Positions 1 to 5,502 of a stretch of DNA of 5,842 nt are shown piece by piece (position 1 is the first letter of the stretch; every line of letters starts with the position of its first letter). This DNA is from a virus (taxonomy: Duplodnaviria; Heunggongvirae; Uroviricota; Caudoviricetes): positions 1 through 5,842 of IMG/VR virus record IMGVR_UViG_3300012155_000058; one strand, 5' to 3'. The position numbers and the translations under genes are program-made. The notes below the pieces were generated by a model that searched no databases, was not told the DNA's origin, and worked only from the letters and a program-made list of their open reading frames with translations.

Positions 1-56
1 TGCCCTATGGCTGGCAGTGAGACATCGCCACTAAATTGAATCATTTTTTGTTGCAT
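1..56 (-). CDS. 5' end of an unidentified gene leaving the window at the left edge (first ~18 codons, MQQKMIQFSGDVSLPAIG...)
   Basis: Minus-strand ATG at 56-54 preceded by GGAGG (complement of 62-66) with 5-nt spacer; frame stays open to position 1. Too short to assess coding properties or product. Confidence 0.3.
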   Translation of the reverse strand, partial: MQQKMIQFSGDVSLPAIG

Positions 57-95
57 TGTTTCCTCCCAGGTATTGCACCACCGTAATGCAAAACA

Positions 96-114
96 GGGCG
101 TGACGCCCTTTTTA
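96..114. terminator. GC hairpin GGGCG-tga-CGCCC followed by TTTTTA; intrinsic-terminator-like element of uncertain assignment
   Basis: Perfect 5-bp GC stem 96-100/104-108, 3-nt loop, T-run 109-113 on plus strand; A-rich run immediately upstream makes it weakly bidirectional. It lies in a divergent intergenic region, so what it terminates is unclear. Confidence 0.3.
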
Positions 115-263
115 TTGGTGCGCAACATATTGATTTTAAATACCTTTATTTTTTAGTGTCCACAATTTGCCCCATTCTAAGCACGACTGGAATCAACTAT
201 TTTTATCTAAAAAAAATGGCTATGCCCGCCTCTACGTCTAATAACTTAATCCAACCTAATGAT

Positions 264-272
264 TGTTATAAT
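264..272 (+). promoter_or_regulatory. Candidate sigma70 extended -10 element (TGtTATAAT) for the DUF4177/YidD-like operon
   Basis: TGTTATAAT at 264-272 matches the TGnTATAAT extended -10 consensus; sits about 70 nt upstream of the ATG at 342 in an AT-rich leader. No good -35 hexamer, consistent with an extended -10 promoter. Prediction by eye only. Confidence 0.3.
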
Positions 273-341
273 TATTTATTGAAATATCATTCCCCTAGTT
301 TACTATTTAAACTCGTTTAATTACAAAAAGGAGTTTAATAC

Positions 342-578
342 ATGTACACCTATAAGATGATACAAGTACCGCCCAATATCTCAGTTAAAGCACGTGACAA
401 CAAAGCAGGAATAGCAGCAGCTTACCTTCAAGACGTGGTAAACGAACAAGCCGCCAACGGCTGGGAGTTTCAGCGGATAGACACTATTGGGATTGAAGAA
501 AAGCCAGGGTGTTTCGGTGGCAGCAAGACAAACTTTACTCAGTACTACGTTATCACTTTTAGAAAAGAAGTGGATTAA
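342..578 (+). CDS. Small DUF4177-like protein (78 aa), function unknown
   Basis: ATG at 342 with AAGGAG at 327-332 (9-nt spacer). Protein begins MYTYKMIQVP, has a central NGWEF and ends YYVITFRKE, which matches my recollection of the DUF4177 pattern. Stop TAA 576-578 overlaps the next start. Confidence 0.7.
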   Translation: MYTYKMIQVPPNISVKARDNKAGIAAAYLQDVVNEQAANGWEFQRIDTIGIEEKPGCFGGSKTNFTQYYVITFRKEVD

Positions 579-793
579 TGTTAAAAGTCTTGAGTATTCG
601 CCTTGTGTTGTTCTACCGAGCACATGCGCCAATGAATATTCGTAACAGATGTCGTCACACCCCATCTTGTTCAAAATACACACTGATTGCATTAAAGCGT
701 TTTGGATTCGTAAAGGGGTGGAAACTAGGTTTAAAGCGGATTTATCGTTGCCGTCCACCGAATGGCGGTATTGACTACCCGCCACACAAGTAA
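578..793 (+). CDS. yidD: YidD-family protein (putative membrane protein insertion efficiency factor paralogue, 71 aa)
   Basis: Clear similarity to E. coli YidD recalled from memory: CRHTPSCSKYTLIALKRFGFVKGWKLGLKRIYRCRPPNGGIDYPP versus [46 protein letters not shown]. Start ATG 578-580 overlaps upstream stop (TAATG). Symbol denotes family membership, not orthology to the rnpA-linked yidD. Confidence 0.85.
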   Translation: MLKVLSIRLVLFYRAHAPMNIRNRCRHTPSCSKYTLIALKRFGFVKGWKLGLKRIYRCRPPNGGIDYPPHK

Positions 794-800
794 TGCCTAA

Positions 801-827
801 GGCCGCCATAGTCGACGGCCTTTCTCA
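801..827 (+). terminator. Possible intrinsic terminator of the DUF4177/YidD-like operon
   Basis: AGGCCG (801-806) / CGGCCT (817-822) 6-bp stem with 10-nt loop, 8 nt after the TAA at 791-793; trailing T-tract is weak (TTCTC). Confidence 0.3.
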
Positions 828-971
828 AGACCAAAGCGTAAATTTCAGTTTCATATTTAACTAACTATATGTTTTTATTGTAATTTTTAAAATCTCTCAA
901 GCATTCCCTCACCCTCAAGCCTTCACGTAAAATAATTTTTTCTTTTATTTTCAATGTAATAAAAACAGGCC

Positions 972-997
972 GATCACATTCGTGATCTTTCTGTTTT
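972..997 (+). terminator. Hairpin GATCAC-attc-GTGATC followed by TTTCTGTTTT; weak terminator-like element
   Basis: 6-bp perfect stem 972-977/982-987 and T-rich tail 988-997. Stem is short and not GC-rich, so low confidence. Confidence 0.2.
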
Positions 998-1001
998 CAA
1001 T

Positions 1002-1105
1002 TAACTGAAAAAGCACGTAATTTTTTCAGTTCCGCAGATCCTTTTTAGATCCTTGCTGCGCGGGCTTTTGCGGCCCTTTATTGCAATATCCAGAACTGAA
1101 AAAAC
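1002..1105. repeat. Three copies of a 10-12 bp motif AACTGAAAAA(A): direct at 1002-1011 and 1094-1105, inverted at 1021-1032
   Basis: TTTTTTCAGTTC (1021-1032) is the exact reverse complement of GAACTGAAAAAA (1094-1105), flanking about 61 bp. AACTGAAAAA at 1002-1011 also pairs with 1022-1031 around a 9-nt loop. Read directly from the sequence. Confidence 0.6.
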
Positions 1106-1257
1106 TTTAACCACGCACAAGCGGCGGGCGTGCGGGTGAGCGCGGTTTTCGTCCCGCTGGCGTTCCGGTGTTCAGATTTTGACCGCGCGCCGTGTATCGA
1201 GCACCGCCAGACCTGCAGGACCGCCATAAATGACCGTGTTTGCCGGAATGAGGACGT

Positions 1258-1279
1258 AAAAAAGCCCGCGCAGGCGGGC
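1258..1279 (-). terminator. Rho-independent terminator of the minus-strand operon
   Basis: On the minus strand: GCCCGC-ctgc-GCGGGC (perfect 6-bp GC stem, 4-nt loop; plus coordinates 1264-1279) followed by TTTTTT (complement of 1258-1263), starting 12 nt downstream of the gene E stop at 1292-1294. Confidence 0.6.
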
Positions 1280-1291
1280 AATGAGAAGGGA

Positions 1292-2938
1292 TTAGCGTTC
1301 TATGATGGGGGATAGCTGCGCATGTAGCGTTGCAGCATTGACAGATTCAGCCGTAAACAATGCGGCGGTTGTAGGTGGGCTACTGGGGCCGCACTGGCAG
1401 TTATGGATGTGCGCAGCGTCAGCCGCTGCTAGCCGTTGAACAACCATCATCAGGTTATCCAACAGCACAAAAATATTTATTGCGTCCGTGCCGGTCCAAC
1501 TCTTTCCGGCTTCAAAATGCTGCAATTCTTTAGCCACGCTACGCCGCAGCTTGCCGACGACTTCAACCAACTGCCCGCCGACAGCGTGCCGGTGATCTCC
1601 TCCTGCTCCGGTGTCAATATCACCTGCAGTCATCTGCTCAATAGCGCCCAGGGTATGCAGGATATGCGACCCGCCAACCTGTAACACATCATCACCCGTT
1701 ACGCTGGCGCGACGCTCCGCGACGTCCGTCTGTTCTTCATCCACCGTCAACTTTCGCACCCGCGCAACTTCGGTCAGTGCCTGATCGGTTTCGCGGCTGA
1801 CATCGCCGCGACTGTTTGTCTTATGCAGAACGCCCGCGCGCGACTGCTGCACCTGCTCACCCGCAGCAACAGCAGGCAGCGTCAACCCCTGCGCCATTAC
1901 CTGGCGGATGTGTGGGCGGTCCGGGCGTGCCTCACTGAATCCCAGTTCGACCAGTGTTCCCGGCGCTGGGTACTGCATCAAGCCGCTATCGCTTCCGCCA
2001 AACCCAACCGGCAACGGCACAGCCTGATAAACAGGGACCGTTTGATCTGGTTTCCCGTCTTCATCAAGTAACTGAACATTGACGGCAAAACGCGGACGGA
2101 ATGGATCTGATATGTCGCTATGGCCGGTCGTGTCGCTGATAGCCTCAACGCGGCCAATTTTTGGCAGGTGTAAACCTGCGGCCAGTTCCGGAAACTCCTT
2201 TTCAGCCTGGCGGCGGAATTGCGATTTTTGCGCCTCGCGGCCTTTGCTGTCTGTTACTGCCCATTTGACTGACATCTGGTCATCAGTCAGATCGATACGC
2301 TTAACCCGCTGGCCGTTAACGACAGCGCCAGGCCGCAGTGACGGCACGCACACGATCCGCATAGTGTCGCCGCCAGTCTGCTGATCAGAAAATCCGGGCG
2401 GTATCTCAACGGGCAATGACGGCCATCGGGATTCCTGCCAACTACCAACAAACACAACACCTTCGGGCAACTGCTGCCAGATATAATCCGGGATAGAAAA
2501 AGCGCGCCCCAGGTTGTTTAGCAACTGATAGCCGCTGCCTGAATGGGTAAAGTTAGGGATCGGCGTATCGGTGTATTTCTGCCCGTCTGGCAGCGCAAAC
2601 GCCAGCCCGCACTGTTCAGTAACCCAGTTACAGACATCCCGTAATGTTGGGTGCTGTATTGAACAGGGCATAGGGCGCGCCAGTATTCCCGTTAATTCAC
2701 GCACCAGGATACGCTGCCAGCCCTTTTCCGCCTGCTGACTACGCTCAACAATACCAGTGAACCAGCGCAGCATTTTTCCGGAATACCCCAGATCCAGCGC
2801 GACCATTTTTCCCTGTAAGTTTTCATCACCGGGGACCGTGACAAAACCCAACCCAGCGCCGGACAACTCCAGCGCCAGATGTACATTAACCGGCGTTACC
2901 GTCTGCGAACCGATATAAAAACGGCTTGTTATCTTCAT
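1292..2938 (-). CDS. Gene E: hypothetical protein, 548 aa, no recognisable domain; last gene of the operon
   Basis: Long ORF; ATG 2938-2936 overlaps gene D stop (ATGA); followed by the terminator at 1258-1279. No Walker A, no reverse-transcriptase YxDD, no obvious transmembrane segments. Confidence 0.8.
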   Translation of the reverse strand: MKITSRFYIGSQTVTPVNVHLALELSGAGLGFVTVPGDENLQGKMVALDLGYSGKMLRWFTGIVERSQQAEKGWQRILVRELTGILARPMPCSIQHPTLRDVCNWVTEQCGLAFALPDGQKYTDTPIPNFTHSGSGYQLLNNLGRAFSIPDYIWQQLPEGVVFVGSWQESRWPSLPVEIPPGFSDQQTGGDTMRIVCVPSLRPGAVVNGQRVKRIDLTDDQMSVKWAVTDSKGREAQKSQFRRQAEKEFPELAAGLHLPKIGRVEAISDTTGHSDISDPFRPRFAVNVQLLDEDGKPDQTVPVYQAVPLPVGFGGSDSGLMQYPAPGTLVELGFSEARPDRPHIRQVMAQGLTLPAVAAGEQVQQSRAGVLHKTNSRGDVSRETDQALTEVARVRKLTVDEEQTDVAERRASVTGDDVLQVGGSHILHTLGAIEQMTAGDIDTGAGGDHRHAVGGQLVEVVGKLRRSVAKELQHFEAGKSWTGTDAINIFVLLDNLMMVVQRLAAADAAHIHNCQCGPSSPPTTAALFTAESVNAATLHAQLSPIIER

Positions 2939-3570
2939 TTGTCTTTGTCCGTTTTGACAGCTGATCCGGCCGTACCGTTTGACGTCGTATCCGCTTTTGA
3001 TTCAGACGGCGACGGGGCCAGCCAATCATCAATTTTTTTCCAGAATTTATCTGATGACGACATTTCAGTGTCTGGCGGTGTATTTTCCCCAGAAGATGCA
3101 CCCGGCGTCGTAATACCTGGCGTTGTCTGCGAAACAACCCCGCCCAGTTTTGAAAATACGTTGGCCTCTTTTTTCTCCGGCACACTGCTGTACTCCCGCA
3201 GAGTGAACGACACGTTCCACGCCCGCAGTGAATCCGATTCCGGCGCGCTCAGACGCCCGGTGAATGTCGCCTGGCGCATGTTGATCGCCGTGGCGGTGAG
3301 ATTAGAAACGCGGTAAACCGTCTGCTTTCCGCCCTCGTCCACCCCTTCCGCCAGTTCAAAAATACGCGTAAGAAATTCAACATTACGAAACGGGATCACG
3401 CCGCTGACGTTTAATTCCTTTGCTTTTATCCCGCCCTCACTTTTCTGCGTTCCCGACGTCTGGCCAGACTGATCTTTGTCTTTGAACGGCAAAACAGCCT
3501 CCACTTTCAGATTCAGCATTTTTACCGTTTCGCCGTTCAGCGTTAAAATTACTGGGTGTCTCGTGCTCAT
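2935..3570 (-). CDS. Gene D: hypothetical protein, 211 aa, with a low-complexity S/T/P/G/K/D-rich C-terminal tail
   Basis: ATG 3570-3568 overlaps gene C stop (ATGA) and is preceded by GAAGGG about 6 nt upstream. An N-terminal region of about 130 aa of ordinary composition is followed by a C-terminal third of compositionally biased sequence. Confidence 0.75.
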   Translation of the reverse strand: MSTRHPVILTLNGETVKMLNLKVEAVLPFKDKDQSGQTSGTQKSEGGIKAKELNVSGVIPFRNVEFLTRIFELAEGVDEGGKQTVYRVSNLTATAINMRQATFTGRLSAPESDSLRAWNVSFTLREYSSVPEKKEANVFSKLGGVVSQTTPGITTPGASSGENTPPDTEMSSSDKFWKKIDDWLAPSPSESKADTTSNGTAGSAVKTDKDK

Positions 3571-4436
3571 ATGCAGCCCTTCAAAAACGACAGATCCGCG
3601 CCAGTGAACAGCACGACAGCAGTAAAAATAAAAGAATGGCCGGGCGGGCTACTGGATTCCAGCGCAGACGCCAGTGACGCACCGCCACCGCTTCCCTTCC
3701 AGGACCAGACCTGCGCGGCGGTTTCGTTCAGCTTGTCAAAGTCACCAGCCAGATCAGAAACAGCCTTTTCACGCAGCTTTACCAGTTCCGCCAATGTATC
3801 GACCGGCGCGCGGGTTTTATGTGCGGCCAGCATCGCCATTTCTGACAACAGCAGGCGGCGCGATTCACGGTGATTTTTTTCGATCAGGTCGCCAGACTCC
3901 GGCCACGCCGGATAGGTCAGCGCGCCGGGGCGTTGCATTTTCTGGGATTCCTTGCCAGCGTGAGCGCGGGCGGTGTTCAGTGCCTGCGTAAATCCGGGGG
4001 CGGGCAAGGTGTCACAGACTTTTGTCAGCTTGCTAATGAAGTCCCCAATCTGACCAGCGCAAACAAGTAAACAAACGGCGTCACCGCCTGCGCCCATTCT
4101 CAGATCTGCACCATCGCGCAATTTTTCGGCCAGCCGTTTGACGGCGTTCGGCGGGCTAAGATAAGTGCCGCTTTCTTCCTCCTTACCCGCGCCAAACGTC
4201 CAGTTATGAACGGCGATTTGCTGCCCGTTCGTTGTCAGTTTATCCAGTTCGACGCGCAGATCGGCAACCTGATCCGCCTGCCCCGCCAATTCTGGCTGCG
4301 GCCACTGCGCCCGCGATTCCAGCGCGCGCAATGCGTTAATGCCAGGGGATGACAGCGACGACAACGCACCGTTTAACGTGTCATGCGGCGTTTTCACTTC
4401 ATCCGGCAGTTTTAACTGTCCATTACTCCACGCCAT
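3567..4436 (-). CDS. Gene C: hypothetical protein, ~289 aa, helix-rich composition with a short hydrophobic C-terminal segment
   Basis: ORF in track is 3567-4529, but the best start is ATG 4436-4434 (MAWSNGQLKLPDEV...) preceded by GGGAGCGGGG. This gives a 25-nt overlap with gene B. An alternative ATG 18 nt upstream cannot be excluded. C-terminus FIFTAVVLFTGA is hydrophobic. Confidence 0.7.
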   Translation of the reverse strand: MAWSNGQLKLPDEVKTPHDTLNGALSSLSSPGINALRALESRAQWPQPELAGQADQVADLRVELDKLTTNGQQIAVHNWTFGAGKEEESGTYLSPPNAVKRLAEKLRDGADLRMGAGGDAVCLLVCAGQIGDFISKLTKVCDTLPAPGFTQALNTARAHAGKESQKMQRPGALTYPAWPESGDLIEKNHRESRRLLLSEMAMLAAHKTRAPVDTLAELVKLREKAVSDLAGDFDKLNETAAQVWSWKGSGGGASLASALESSSPPGHSFIFTAVVLFTGADLSFLKGCI

Positions 4437-4900
4437 GAATAACCCCGCTCCCATTCGCTGGAAACCAGCGCGTGTAACTGGCCGGGCGAATAACGCCAGG
4501 CATCCCGTAACTGCATAAATTCGGCACAAAACTCGCTACAAAACCACTTTTCAGGATTCCCACGGCAAAACAGCAAAAAGCCGATAACCCCGGCGATGTC
4601 GTATTTTTTCCCCGCGTACAGGCGGTAAAAACTGGCGATTTCCTGCGGGCTGGCGCTGATTTCGATCAAGTCCCATTTGTCAGAGGGTAAAGGCATTGTT
4701 TTAGCCCTGACCCCGCCATCACGGAACGATGACGAATAGCAGGTAAAATCCGTGCCGACGTCGTAGCACTGCGGCCCCACGGCGATTTCACAATGTGAAT
4801 ACGGACTGCGGGTAACAAGGCGTGTCACCCAGTCCGCCAGGCTGGCTAGTCCGTTGTGATCGCTGCGGCCACGATAAAACGCAATAAACACCGCGTTCAT
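4412..4900 (-). CDS. Gene B: putative permuted papain-like (NlpC/P60 superfamily, YaeF/YiiX C92-like) hydrolase, ~162 aa
   Basis: ATG 4900-4898 overlaps gene A stop (ATGA); a GTG at 4909 is an alternative start. Motif order is a histidine motif PYSHCEIAV followed by a C-terminal cysteine motif KWFCSEFCAEF, resembling the YSH and YCSE motifs of the circularly permuted YaeF/YiiX family. Assignment is by eye and needs profile confirmation. Confidence 0.7.
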   Translation of the reverse strand: MNAVFIAFYRGRSDHNGLASLADWVTRLVTRSPYSHCEIAVGPQCYDVGTDFTCYSSSFRDGGVRAKTMPLPSDKWDLIEISASPQEIASFYRLYAGKKYDIAGVIGFLLFCRGNPEKWFCSEFCAEFMQLRDAWRYSPGQLHALVSSEWERGYSWRGVMDS

Positions 4901-5499
4901 GGTTGCCACCCCAGGGACCAGTCGTAAGCCTCAACGGCGGCAATATCGCCCAGGGCATCCACTGCCGCAATATGCGCCTGCGCAACGGCAAACAAACGCA
5001 TATCGTGTTCAATGGTCACAAACTCAAACTGTGCGGCGATTGCGTTGGTCAGTTCAATCAGCCCGTTATTTTTGGTTTGCCACATCAGACCGGGCGGAAC
5101 CGCGCCCGCCTGTCCCATTTTTGCCAGCGTCATCTGCTGAATGCGGCTGTTAGCGTCGCTATGGAAGCGATTCCCGTCGATCACGATGTAATCGGCGGTG
5201 ACGGCGTCCCTATGTGCTTTTATATCCTGTTCAACCTGCGCTTTAATCTGCTTCAGCGCGGCGGCAAATGCTGCCGCGTCATAAATCCATTTATCACCGT
5301 CCAGGCGATAATATTCGCCCGGTGGCGGCGTTGTTACGAGCTTTCCAGCAGCGGGATTTACCCAGCAATCACGATCGCGGTAACGCCACTGCACATCCGT
5401 TAATTGCATGACCGTTTCAGGCAGAACAATGTCAAACTGATCGGTGTCCAGCCATGCTAGGACCTTCATTGATTCAGAATCAAAATATACATATTTCAT
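4897..5499 (-). CDS. Gene A: hypothetical protein, 200 aa; possibly a tail-fibre assembly or chaperone-like accessory protein by position
   Basis: ATG 5499-5497 lies 3 nt after the stop of the glycine-rich gene, with GGTGA upstream. Position immediately after a fibre-like gene suggests a chaperone role. It lacks the NPEG...RRAD...GKWMFKDG signature of P2/Mu/lambda-type Tfa proteins, so the functional call is weak. Confidence 0.75.
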   Translation of the reverse strand: MKYVYFDSESMKVLAWLDTDQFDIVLPETVMQLTDVQWRYRDRDCWVNPAAGKLVTTPPPGEYYRLDGDKWIYDAAAFAAALKQIKAQVEQDIKAHRDAVTADYIVIDGNRFHSDANSRIQQMTLAKMGQAGAVPPGLMWQTKNNGLIELTNAIAAQFEFVTIEHDMRLFAVAQAHIAAVDALGDIAAVEAYDWSLGWQP

Positions 5500-5502
5500 T
5501 GA

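Noticed and set aside
381-809. 142-aa minus-strand ORF antisense to the DUF4177 and YidD-like genes
   Set aside because: Lies entirely opposite two genes that have RBSs and recognisable protein family signatures; no RBS of its own and an implausible Cys-rich product.
1100-1260. tRNA or tmRNA 3' end serving as a prophage attachment site
   Set aside because: No cloverleaf-compatible sequence and no GGTTCGAATCC-like T-loop; GTTCAGATTTTGACC at about 1168-1183 is only a superficial resemblance.
1078-1315. Small ORFs in the GC-rich intergenic segment (1078-1281 minus, 1130-1315 plus)
   Set aside because: They overlap the operon terminator or the end of gene E, lack RBSs and encode Arg/Cys-rich peptides typical of random GC-rich ORFs.
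1292-2938. ATPase or NTPase function for gene E from the FEAGKSW segment
   Set aside because: The segment does not fit the GxxxxGK[ST] Walker A pattern, and no Walker B-like hydrophobic-D/E motif is evident.
2879-3316. Plus-strand ORFs inside the minus-strand operon (2879-3316, 3556-3873, 3674-3991, 3870-4070, 4899-5153, 4903-5403, 1436-1684, 1823-2071, 2079-2384)
   Set aside because: All are antisense shadows of the long coupled minus-strand genes in GC-rich DNA; their products are Arg/Pro/Cys-rich and they lack start contexts.
4437-4529. N-terminal extension of gene C to the ATG at 4529 as given in the ORF track
   Set aside because: That start would overlap gene B by about 118 nt and has no SD, whereas the ATG at 4436 has a strong GGGAGCGGGG upstream. 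An intermediate ATG 18 nt upstream of 4436 remains possible.
4788-5012. 74-aa minus-strand ORF overlapping the A/B junction in another frame
   Set aside because: Overlaps two better-supported coupled genes and has no independent start signal.
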